A DNA stretch of 61,459 bases, filler included. It is 10 parts of 10 records of this genome, joined end to end, with 100 filler letters (N's around TTAATTAATTAA, not from the genome) between each part and the next. Parts side by side here need not be neighbours in the genome. Positions count along the whole stretch, not along the records: positions 16,529 to 24,792 come from SRR15195285_2757; positions 24,893 to 31,422 come from SRR15195285_2763; positions 31,523 to 36,198 come from SRR15195285_2766; 7 more parts are not named here. The stretch is one strand, 5' to 3'. A model generated the notes under the pieces. That model searched no databases. It had not been told where the DNA came from and worked only from the letters and a program-made list of their open reading frames with translations. Below are positions 22,201 to 32,398 of this stretch, one piece after another (position 1 is the stretch's first letter; every line of letters starts with the position of its first letter). The translations under genes were made by a program, and so were the position numbers.

Positions 22201-24222
22201 GAGGTGTTGTAGGTGTGTTGCTGTGAAATCACACTGGATTTTTACGCAAATGTTGATCGGAATGCATACCACTGTACCGCGTGAAGAACTCCACCCCGCG
22301 CACGCTCTGCCGCCTGCTCTGCACCCACCGGCTGGTTGTGGCTACTAGCCAGTGTGGCAGCTGTGCTGTTATGATCTGCAACCCCGCCAACAGTTTTGTC
22401 AAGCACGTCACTGTCACTCTCGTCCGGTGCAGAGAAGTCCGAGTCGTCGTTGGAGTCTTCGTGTTTTGCCCGCCTGTTCGCCTTACGTCTTTGCTTCTGC
22501 GGCTTTTCCCTGCCACCTTTGAGCTGCTGCCTCTGCGTTTTATTGTGTCCCTTCCGTGTCTTTTTCTTGTGCTGCGCGGCTTGGGCCGCACTCTTCTGAG
22601 CATCGGGTCCACAGAAGTACCTGAGATGCGTAATGAGTTGCCGTGGATAGAACTTGTCGCCGCAGTACTGGCACTCGACCTTCGGGGGGGCAATGCACCT
22701 CCGGTATTCAGACTCGACGATCGAGTACGTTGTCAGCACAACATCAGCCTTAATACGTACAGTCGGAGCAAACATCAAGGTCAAGGTCCGATCAGCTCTA
22801 TTGAATCAGCTCTATTGAATGGTGGATTGAGCTCGAACACACTGTGATGGTGTTCGCAAGGAAGCGCAAAAATGAACATGACAAGAGGGCAGGCACATGA
22901 GTCTCACTTCAGCCAGCTCCTCTGGGATTTTCGTTCGCCTCGGCCCGTGGTATAAGTAGACAGACAGTGTGCCTGGCGCGACGTGCTTCTCGATTTCATG
23001 TTTCCACTGCATCAGTGCGGCCACAGGGCAGATCACCAGCGTTGCTCTACTCTGTGCTGCCTTGCCGACTGCTGCTGTCGTCGAAGCTGCTGCAGCGGCA
23101 GCGGCAGCAGGGCTCTTTTGTACTGAGATGGGAACAGCGGTGGCCATGTGAGGTGCGACACGGCTGCCAAGGCTAAAGTTGTCCTCTTGCAGGTCGACGG
23201 CATCCAATCGTGCTGCATGAGCACGCTCTGCAGCGGTGACCGTCTTCACTACTTCGATATCCTCGAAGTCATCGCTCGACGCACCGTCAGCTATGCTCAG
23301 CGCTTTGTCTGAGTCGGCAGCTGTCGCCGTGGTGCCGTCTGTCTCACTAGTTGGCTTGGTTGGAAGGTTTGCTACAATTAGAGTGATCGCCTGAATGGTC
23401 TTGCCCATCCCCATCTCGTCTGCGAGTATTCCCCCTCTGATTGGACCGGCCTCTTGAGCCTGCATCCAGCCCAGTGACTCTCGCTGGAACGGCAGGAGGG
23501 GCATTGTTACTTCGAGCGGTGGCTTCGCCTCGGGTAGTGGTGGCTTGATCGTCATGTTTTCCACGTCTTCCGCGTCCACTTCATCGTATTCCTCGCCTTC
23601 CACTGGTCGCTGGATCATCGGATCTGCGAGGCCAAGGCGACGTCTCGAGGCTGGTAGCTTGGCTCCCTTAGACTTCCGCCGCCGCTTCACCGCGGGCTTC
23701 GGAGCTCGGGCAGGTGCCGGCGCCTGCTGCTCGAAGTCATCGTCGGAAGCGTCGTGCCGAGGCGCCTCGCAGACCTCGCACACGCTGCTGCTTGTCTTGC
23801 TGTCCACATCGTTGCGGTACGTGCAGTGCTGACAAGCCCACGGCAGAACACCAGTGGCACCAACCATCACCACGTCGTCATCTGACGCTTCGAAATCCGA
23901 GTCGTCTTGTGCTACCTGCTCCGGCGACACAAAGCAGCCTCACTGATCAGATCTCTCATGACGCTGAGCGAGTGAGCGTCTCAAAGATGAAGATGAAATG
24001 AATCTGGCGGCAACGCAGATAATGCAGTTGAGCAAGTTGATTGCATGAGCGCTGGGAGCCGAAAAGTGACGGTACAGATCATCTGGCTCTCGCTAGAGTG
24101 TAGACAGAATCGCGTACATCGGACTCGTCAGACGATTCGGATGGCTCAAAGGCCTCATCAACCTCATCGGATTCGTCTGCAGCCGCCGTCTTCCTGCTAT
24201 TCTGCCGCGCTTTCTTGGGCAT
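19293..24222 (-). CDS. RAD16: RAD16-like SNF2 helicase / RING E3 ligase, multi-exon
   Basis: [58 protein letters not shown] (CGIC..CGHLFC..CPSC), [32 protein letters not shown], all restored using GT-AG introns. Confidence 0.9.
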
Positions 24223-24441
24223 GGTTTTGGTGCCACCCGGGGCCGCCGGGACAATTCGAGCGCAACGCGACGGCACACGCGTACGCTCGACTCCGGTACG
24301 GTATACACCCGCTCGTGGCCTCTCTGCAGCACCGCGGCGAGCTAGCGCGGGCGGGCGCGCGCCAGCACGCACGCGACGCGATGCGCGTGGATTCTAGCTA
24401 GGTAGGATGCTCTCGAGGGCGCGCCAGCTGGCTCCGGCGAC

Positions 24442-24674
24442 GGGACTGTTTATAAAGTCGTACTTGTTTCCGATATATGTGTGAACAGATCTAAGATGCC
24501 TGACTTTTTCATACCGTATAGATATCGTTGCAATCTAACTCCTCCATAAAGCTACGAGTTTCTAGTACATCTCCCCGGTGTAGTTTGACTTTTACATACT
24601 GCATTCATCGTTCCAACCGTGACACCACCATTTAAATTTTAATGATTTATCCTACGAGTTTTCAGTCAGTACCC
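24442..24674. mobile_element. Candidate degenerate MITE (AT-rich, imperfect terminal inverted repeats)
   Basis: Left end GGGACTGTTTATAAAGTCGTA versus reverse complement of right end GGGTACTGACTGAAAACTCGTA; no target-site duplication seen. Confidence 0.35.
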
Positions 24675-25245
24675 TGCGCGCAGTACCCAGGTTGAATTGC
24701 AGAATTCTGCAATGCTCGCACGCAGACATGCACTCATGCACGCGGGCCCGCCGCGGGGCATATCACAGCGTTTAAGTACAATGTGATTTGATNNNNNNNN
24801 NNNNNNNNNNNNNNNNNNNNNNNNNNNNNNNNNNNNTTAATTAATTAANNNNNNNNNNNNNNNNNNNNNNNNNNNNNNNNNNNNNNNNNNNNCGGGTTCA
24901 TAACCCACGGACTTGGGCAATGCATATGCGTGCGTGCGCGCGCCGAAATTCGGGTCGGGGCCACCGGAGGGTGCGCCAGAGTGGACACGACTATAGAGAG
25001 CTCGTAGTAGGAGGGACAGCAAAGACAGGCCTGATGCAACAACGAAGACGTGGGATGCATGCGGATATACTAGTGCATGGTGATGTAGCATACGCGGGAC
25101 GGAGCCAGCTGCAGGGCAGGAAGGCCTTAGACCCCGCGGGAGGGCACGGCGCGCTATGCTGCTGTGGCGGTGGACAAAGAGCATCTGAGCTGTTGCCTAC
25201 ACTTGCCTACAGCAGGTGGTCAGCTGACTGCTGCAAGCGGCGTGA

Positions 25246-26904
25246 ATGGCAAGCAGCGACGAGGATGAGCACAGCAGCGATGAGACAGGCGGGGATCGGC
25301 TAGGGATTGTGGAGCTGTCGTTTTGCGTGTTTCCATCACTGAGGCCCTCGCGGACAGCGACCGGAGGGGAGCAGCACCAACAGCAGCTTGGTGGATATGT
25401 GCCCTGGGAGTTGCAGGCCCCACCGTGGCGTCGCATGGCCAAGTTTGTACGGAAGAAATACATGGTCGGGCTGCTAGCCCGTGGTAGGCCTGCTGTTGTC
25501 GTTGTCCAAACGAATTTTGCACCGGAGCATCCCAATCGATCGAAGCAGCGCACCAAGGCACTCTTGAGCTGGGCCGCCAAAGAGCTTTCGGTCACTGGCG
25601 AAGTGCGACTGGTACTTAGGGCGCGTGTACAGGGAGTCGGCTTCACGATGGGACATCAAGTAGAGGCTGTTCAAGAAGCGCACGCAACGGAGCTTGTCCA
25701 TGCATTCTTCGCTGAAACTGGCGAGGAGAGTGCGACCGCTGACGCGGTGATTGCGTGCTTCAAGGCAGCCGAGCTCGAGCCAGATAGCTGGGTGCCACAA
25801 CTGGAGGAGCTGCGCGATAGTGATGAGTATCATGTCGAGAACAGCGGTGAGGACTGTCAAGACGAGTTGGATAGCCAATGCTCACCTCTGCTGGAGTTCA
25901 TCGAAAGTGTAAAAACAGCTGCGGCTGCGGCCGCAGTTGAAGCGGCTGCAGTCGAAGCGGCTGCAGCTGCTGGAGAACGTGATGTAGGTGCAGCGGCTCA
26001 GGACATGGCTGCAGCTGCTCAAGCTACGTGTCCAGTGGAGTGCGATGGCCCCACTCGCGAGCAGAACGGAGGAGCTAGTGGCAGCAAAGTCGCCGGCGAG
26101 CAAGAGGTGGACGGTGCACCCACCTCGCCAGCCTATACGCCAACTTCCAGTCCAATTAAGCAGGGACTATTTACAGACGTCGCTGCAGGGCATGGCGCGA
26201 AAGATTCAGATGATCAACGCACCGATGAACGGCAAAGAAGATTAAGTCAACACGAAATCCTGACGACTTTGCGAGACAGCGCCGACGAAGACGAGGGACA
26301 ACTGCTGGAACTGAAAGAACATGAGGACACAAAGGATCGACACGAAAACAAAGAACAGGACGAGGCTGCCTCAGCCGCTGCCGCTGTTGCAGCGCGGCAG
26401 CAACTTGACGAGCGCGCGATGGTTGCAACACGCGTGATGGACGAGGGCAGAGGCTTAGGGCTAGTCACTCGTGAGGAGCTGCGAGATCTCTTGCGGCGTT
26501 GTGCGCACGATCCATGCGCAGTCCAAGTTGCCTCCGATCGGACTCTCCTTGAGCCAACACGAGCGCAGGCAAAACCAGACCTGTGCCCTGGGCAGATGCT
26601 TGCTGGTCACAACGAAACCTGCGCTCAAGAAAGTGTGCATGGGGACCGTGGCGAGATCAAAGATGTGGATCAACTGGGCCAATCATGCTCGCCACAACCA
26701 TTGCATCAAGAACCAGTGGCTGATGCTGCAGACACGGAAAAGAGCCGCGACTGTGACTGGGCAGAATGGGACAGACTGCTGTGGGCACCAAAAGATTTGC
26801 ACCGAGATCGCCAGATGAAACTTGAGCCACCGCCAGGTATGAGTCCGAAACAGATTAGGAAATGGCATAAACGACAGGGAAAGCTGGCACAATTGCAGCA
26901 ATGA
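25246..26904 (+). CDS. Hypothetical acidic protein
   Basis: 552-aa ATG-initiated ORF; no recognised domain. Confidence 0.6.
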   Translation: MASSDEDEHSSDETGGDRLGIVELSFCVFPSLRPSRTATGGEQHQQQLGGYVPWELQAPPWRRMAKFVRKKYMVGLLARGRPAVVVVQTNFAPEHPNRSKQRTKALLSWAAKELSVTGEVRLVLRARVQGVGFTMGHQVEAVQEAHATELVHAFFAETGEESATADAVIACFKAAELEPDSWVPQLEELRDSDEYHVENSGEDCQDELDSQCSPLLEFIESVKTAAAAAAVEAAAVEAAAAAGERDVGAAAQDMAAAAQATCPVECDGPTREQNGGASGSKVAGEQEVDGAPTSPAYTPTSSPIKQGLFTDVAAGHGAKDSDDQRTDERQRRLSQHEILTTLRDSADEDEGQLLELKEHEDTKDRHENKEQDEAASAAAAVAARQQLDERAMVATRVMDEGRGLGLVTREELRDLLRRCAHDPCAVQVASDRTLLEPTRAQAKPDLCPGQMLAGHNETCAQESVHGDRGEIKDVDQLGQSCSPQPLHQEPVADAADTEKSRDCDWAEWDRLLWAPKDLHRDRQMKLEPPPGMSPKQIRKWHKRQGKLAQLQQ

Positions 26905-27049
26905 TCATGTACGGTACATTCCTGCTCTCGTACACTGTTGTATAGATCTGAATGCAATTGTTCGCATCTGTTGCGATAAAAGTTGCCATCGTACTTGGGT
27001 CAGTCCATAGCCATACTGTGCGAGCTGTTTCAGCACCACCTATCCGCAC

Positions 27050-28180
27050 CATTCTCGTGGAGGTGGACTGGCACGCCGATGACTGGCGGCGCTCCCACCC
27101 GGAGTTCCCCCAGCAGTACGCTGCGGTGGCCTACATATACACACACGAGCGGCTGGGAGTTTACCGAGTGCTGGGGGACGCGATGCACGATAAAGACCGT
27201 GGCGCCGGACTGGGTAGCGCCAGTCCGAGGTTGCGCGCCTGTCTGCCTTTCATCAAGCTGTTAGACGTGGGGCTGGTGGAGGCGGGGATCGTCTGGGGGT
27301 ACTTCGTCGGCGAGGTGCTGCGGGGCGTCAAGTACGCCTTTCCGACCCCAAACTTGGCCGACCATGATCCGGCGCGCCACTTCCCAGTGGATCGCGAGTT
27401 CCACTGGTTCGAGTTCAACTCATCCGCTACGAATCCACAGATAATGTACTATGCTTGAAACATTTCTGAGAGGGTTGTATGAAATTACAGCAATTTTCAG
27501 ATGTCGTCTGATTTTGAACTCTTCGCAAGGCATACGCGCGTCCAACGTCGGACAGCTGGGAGGTGGCGTCAGCATCTGCTTGGCATCACCAGTCGAGCTG
27601 GGCTGGGGCACGAAGGATTTTCCTCAGCGTGTTGGCAAGGAGTTGTGGGGATCGAAGTGGTTTGAGGTGATGCCGAAACCCAAACCCGACGGGGCCGCTG
27701 CCGACTGGGGCAAGTTCGCAAACAAGCTCGAGGCAGTCTTTGTCGTGCAGGTACCCTCTGAGCTGAATAGGGATCAGTCGCGGATTGTTCCAGTTCGCAG
27801 TACAGGGACAGAGGATAGAAAACAAAAAGGAAATTGTTCAGCACCTCAAGCAGGTAGGTGACGTCCAACACGTGAGGTTGACACTACGAGTTGAGCGTCT
27901 GTCGTCTACGGCTGCGACAGCACCCACGACAATAATCAACCCAACAATACCAGAAAGCGCATCGTACCCTCAGTCCTCGCTCACCGAGATGCCAGCGGAT
28001 GATTTATCGACAGCCCTCAAGGGGGCATACTTGGTGACGTACGAACACGCTTTGCGCGACCTGGGCTATGTAGTCCTAGAAGACCTACCGTCCCTAGATG
28101 ATGAAGATTTGGCGGAAATTAGGATGAAAAAGATTGAGATCAAGCGGCTCCGAAGAATCTGCACCGGTTTGGCGCCCTGA
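27050..28180 (+). pseudogene. Mosaic of an R-S-E-type ADP-ribosyltransferase fragment, a second enzyme-like fragment and a SAM-like domain in different frames
   Basis: AYIYT..VYRVL..LPFIKLL..LRGV..WFEFNSSA, stopping before the catalytic Glu; C-terminal LRDLGYVVLEDLPSLDDEDLAEIRMKKIEIKRL is SAM-like. Confidence 0.5.
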
Positions 28181-28367
28181 CTGAAGAAGCTGCCCACCTT
28201 GTGCACAGTAATTTCTTATGTGGATTACGTTCATGGTGGGACAAGGCGAACACGCTCAGTACAAAGAGGTGCAGCATCGCTGTAAAATGTTTGTGTTGCA
28301 CAATCATTTGAAAACCAATGTATTTATTGAAGCACGTGCACTGCAACGGCGACTTCCGGCTCCAGGA

Positions 28368-30797
28368 TCACGCCGGCTCAGGATCAGGCTTAGCCAGCGT
28401 GTGTGGCGAGTTGTCATCAGAACCACTACTGTCCGAAAGCAAGTCGATGACTGATGGTGCTGCCACCGCGGAATGGGCAGGATCTCTGGCCGGTGTCCGC
28501 TGTTGCTGGCGTTGTTCTCGCCCGAAGAATTCCGCCTTGAAGTCGAACAAGTTCTTCGTCCCACAACTTTTGTTGCACGGACCGCATATAACCCGTAGGT
28601 TGTGTAGCTCTGGCGCCCCGCCATGGTTGTCTGAGACCACGTGACCAGCTTCGAAGTTGTGCACCGTCAATGGATTCTCGCAGACCGTGCATGAACCGTT
28701 GAAAGACTGTCCGCAGTCGCGCCGCCAAAGGGCATTCGCAACTGCCTTGGGGACCTGCTGACGTCGGCCGCTACTCCCGCCCTGTCGTTGAGGAGTTCGA
28801 CCTTCGAGGGAGCCGCGGCGGGTTGCAGTGTGCCCACTACCTGTACTTGCTGCAGTTGTGGGAGTGGCGTGCTGCGTAGCCACCGCCACCGCCACGTTAC
28901 CATCTGCAGCCTCGTACCGCGGTCGCAGTATCTTACGCCAACGCTCACGAAGTGAATTGGCTGTCCGGCTGGGCTTCGTGGGGTCGCTTGACTGTAGTAG
29001 GCTGGAGTTCACCGCACGTGACCAGTAGGTGTCACCCTGAGCGCCGGCAGTGCCATGCTCCGACACGTACTGTAGTAGTGCTAGATCATCATCAGCGGTG
29101 TACGGAGCGTTCCTCCTGCGTTTTCCTGTGGATGGTGGTTGATTTGGCGATTTTGCTGTAGATGCAGCAGGAGTCGAGACGTTGCCTCGAACAGGTGTCG
29201 CAGTCACGGACGAAGGGAGCATCGAGGGCAGAGTTGTAGCCACGGCGTGTGCAGACAGGCGTCCAGAACGTTCGCACGAGGAAGTTTGTGTGCCTGGTTC
29301 TTCTTGTGGAGGTGCTGCGACAGTGTTTTCTGTTGTGGGCATTCTCAAGTCTTCGACTTTCACCTTCGCGACTAGTTGTGCGGCGCTCCTCGTGCTCGGC
29401 GGAGTGGAGAGTTTCGTTGCCGCTGCTGCGGGAGTCATTGTCGGCCGCGGTGTGCGGCTCGCAACGTCATCTTCCAGCGTGATGCCCCAGCATATTTCTG
29501 CCTCGTGCCGGATCAAGTCAGTGCGTTTGCTTACGACTGGAAATGTAGCGTCACTCCACTGTCGGAGTTGTGCTTCCGCGAGAAGCTGTAGTGCTCCTGA
29601 CTCGGGATCGATCCGGCCTCGCATAGCTTCTGCATTTGCAGCATACATGACATCAAGTTCATACAAAACTTCTTGTGCCTCTTCAGGTCGCCCAAGCAGC
29701 AGATTCAGCGCTGCGGCCTCCCGCTGCGATCGTTCGGTAGCACTCTGTGAAGTCTGCTCAAGCCTCACTTTGACCACCTCACTGTGCGAACACAGCATCT
29801 GGTCTGACTGGGCAGACAGAGCTACGACCTCTCGCTCTGCCACTCGTAGCTGGTCGCGCAGCCGCATAAGTTCTGGTTCCCCTTCTTCACATACCACACG
29901 CATTCGCTCTAACTGCTTGAGCTCCTGCCGTGAATGTTGCTGAGCGCGTTCTCCCTGTGCCAAACGCAACGCGAGCTCATCTAGTTGGGCCTGCCGTGCT
30001 GTTATTTCTTGACGAAGCATCGCTTCTCGATGCTCACGTACATGTCGCAGCGCCATCCCACTCTGCTCAATCTGTTCACGCAGTGCTTCAACTTTCTGTG
30101 TTTGTGCGCTTGTTTCCTCGATGAGCTGCAATGGTAGCTTCGGACGTGAGTCGGCGCTGGATGTGAGTTGAGTTGCGCAGTTGCGAAGCTGGACATGCAG
30201 GTTGGTCTGTGTTTCGAACAGCGCCCAGTGCGACCGCACAGAGGCGTGCAGCAGCTGCTTTAGACCCTGCGCAATGTCCTGCTCCGATGGCGATGCACTG
30301 TCAGCACTGTCGGCTGTGTCTTGCGTAGTGGTCTCTGTAGTGGTAGCTGTGGACGGCATCTGTTTCAGCTCCTGCTGGTGCCCCTCTTCCTGCTGCTGTC
30401 GGCGGAGCCGGCGACGAGCGAATAAATCTTCATCGCTAGTAGACTGACGTGCAAAACTGTCTTCATAGCTGAAGACAGCACCTTCACCAGCGCTGCGACC
30501 CCGATCAATGCTGGTACTGCCAGCGTGGCTTTCGGTGACGTGCGGCTGGCTATCTTCGCCGGTGCCGTGGCTCCCGAATCCCTCCGACGAGCTCACAGGC
30601 AGCTCCGCACTCACGGACCCGTCCCTGCCCACTGTCGCGCTCAAGCCGAGCGACGGCGACGGCGGTGACAACGAAACGGGTGTGCACGGCGAGCGCGGCG
30701 AAGCCGCCTCCGCCGCCACCATTCCCATCCGGTTCACGCAGCGCGCCACGAGACCAATCCCGCGCCCGGCCGGCTGCGGCGCGCCCTCCGCCGCCAT
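28368..30797 (-). CDS. Coiled-coil + Rap1-type Myb + zinc HNH endonuclease fusion protein, intronless
   Basis: Myb: PYTADDDLALLQYV..GDTYW..SRTANSLRERWRKIL. HNH: CTVC..FEAGHVVSDNHGG..HNLRVICGPCN. Confidence 0.8.
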   Translation of the reverse strand: MAAEGAPQPAGRGIGLVARCVNRMGMVAAEAASPRSPCTPVSLSPPSPSLGLSATVGRDGSVSAELPVSSSEGFGSHGTGEDSQPHVTESHAGSTSIDRGRSAGEGAVFSYEDSFARQSTSDEDLFARRRLRRQQQEEGHQQELKQMPSTATTTETTTQDTADSADSASPSEQDIAQGLKQLLHASVRSHWALFETQTNLHVQLRNCATQLTSSADSRPKLPLQLIEETSAQTQKVEALREQIEQSGMALRHVREHREAMLRQEITARQAQLDELALRLAQGERAQQHSRQELKQLERMRVVCEEGEPELMRLRDQLRVAEREVVALSAQSDQMLCSHSEVVKVRLEQTSQSATERSQREAAALNLLLGRPEEAQEVLYELDVMYAANAEAMRGRIDPESGALQLLAEAQLRQWSDATFPVVSKRTDLIRHEAEICWGITLEDDVASRTPRPTMTPAAAATKLSTPPSTRSAAQLVAKVKVEDLRMPTTENTVAAPPQEEPGTQTSSCERSGRLSAHAVATTLPSMLPSSVTATPVRGNVSTPAASTAKSPNQPPSTGKRRRNAPYTADDDLALLQYVSEHGTAGAQGDTYWSRAVNSSLLQSSDPTKPSRTANSLRERWRKILRPRYEAADGNVAVAVATQHATPTTAASTGSGHTATRRGSLEGRTPQRQGGSSGRRQQVPKAVANALWRRDCGQSFNGSCTVCENPLTVHNFEAGHVVSDNHGGAPELHNLRVICGPCNKSCGTKNLFDFKAEFFGREQRQQQRTPARDPAHSAVAAPSVIDLLSDSSGSDDNSPHTLAKPDPEPA

Positions 30798-31284
30798 CGT
30801 GAGCACCCACCACTCTCGCGCACCTGCTTGTCTGCCGCCGCCGCCGCCGCCGCCACAGGAGCAGCTCTCAGCAGCTCCTAGCCAGCCGGCGCCTCCTTCC
30901 TGTCCTGCTGCAATGACCTAAGCTCTATCTTAACCTCCTCTGAAGGCGCCCGCACCGCCACACAGACAGCACCGCCGGTACGCCACCTCACCGTCCGTCA
31001 CCGGCCGCGGGTGACTTTTCCATTCACATGACTTTTCACATTTGACTATGAAAATGTATTGAATTCTGTGGTGACATGTGACGACCGTGCGCGAACTCCA
31101 CTTCGCAAGATCGCAAACGGCACGCATCGAACAAGTAATGTATGTAGTAATCGGCGTCCTGACCGGGATGCTGTCTTGCTGTGTGATTCAGGATTGAGTA
31201 CAGTATCCTCCGGCGCTTGCACCCAGATAAGGCTGGTCTCTCGAGAAATGGCCGATTTCTCACTCATGATGGGCTGTGTAATGG

Positions 31285-31422
31285 TGTTGACGGTAGTGCC
31301 TAATGCCGTAATGGTGTCCGTGACAGGAAGCAGCCAACACATGCCAGAAAAAGCGTCTACGACAGATAAAATTGCTGAAAGACAGTGACCCGTAGCTCCA
31401 TCAGTGCACGGAGGTAGACCCA
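31285..31422 (-). mobile_element. Ty3/gypsy integrase (rve) N-core relic, cut by the contig end
   Basis: GLPPCTDGATGHCLSAILSVVDAFSGMCWLLPVTDTITALGT fits the GLP..AILVVVDxFSKM..IP...TA pattern of gypsy integrases. Confidence 0.55.
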
Positions 31423-32129
31423 NNNNNNNNNNNNNNNNNNNNNNNNNNNNNNNNNNNNNNNNNNNNTTAATTAATTAANNNNNNNNNNNNNNNNNNNNNN
31501 NNNNNNNNNNNNNNNNNNNNNNGGGGGGGGGGGTATCTTGGCCCTCCCTCTGGCTGGGGGGGGGTGTATCTTGCCCCTGCCCCTGCCCCTGCCCCTGCTC
31601 CCCGCTGGTTGGCTGCTGGCTGCTGTGCAAGCCGTCTGCGCTGCTGTGGTGCTTGCTGTCACATCACTGATCAAAGCTTTGGACCAATCGATTCTAGCTT
31701 GTGCCATCAGGACGCGAGACAATCGGAATCACACGATTTTCCAATACAGACTGCGCAGCAACTCATTGAAAACCAGGCGACTGAGGCGTCGGCCCTCCCC
31801 CCCCGCGGGGGTTTGCTTTGCACAATTTCTCCTGGAATCGGGATCTCGCTGAGACCGCCGTCGGGAGCTGGAGGCTCTCCCGGAGAGCCATGAGACATAA
31901 TACCACCAACACCCGGAGACTACGCGAACAAACCATTGTCTCGGGGCGGTCCGCGGAGTGTGCCCCCCCATTGATCAGTGAGTTCTACTAGTAGATCTAG
32001 TAGGATCCAAATGTGTCCAGTCTGTGAATGACCAACGAATCACATGGTGCCGCGCTGGCTGCAATCCATCCGCCTACGTCCCTACGACGCGTGCGTTGAT
32101 CCGAGTGCCGGCGGGCGGCACTGGATGGT

Positions 32130-32200
32130 GATGGGATGGGTGGGATGGCGATGGGCTGGGCTGGGCTGGGCTGGGCTGGGAGGGGTGGCGATGGGCTGGG
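32130..32200 (+). repeat. (GGGCT)n/(GGGAT)n G-run repeat with G-quadruplex potential upstream of the WW-domain gene
   Basis: gggctgggctgggctgggctgggctggga. Confidence 0.7.
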
Positions 32201-32398
32201 GTGAGCTGGGCCCCTGAGCTGGAGGGGAGGAGCAGCAGGCGCTGGGGCTGAGAGTGGGCCACGGCGCTGAGAGCGCTACCCCGCTACCTCGCTGCCGGTT
32301 GCACGGCACGGCGCCGGCTGGCAGGCACACACCATCGGGAGAGTTTGTACAGAGACAGAGAGGGAGACAGACAGGGAGCGTGGCGTAGAGGGCTTGGT

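Noticed and set aside
31120-31210. ILNHTARQHPGQDADYYIHYL as a retrotransposon chromodomain
   Set aside because: Lacks the KW.GY core; too weak to call
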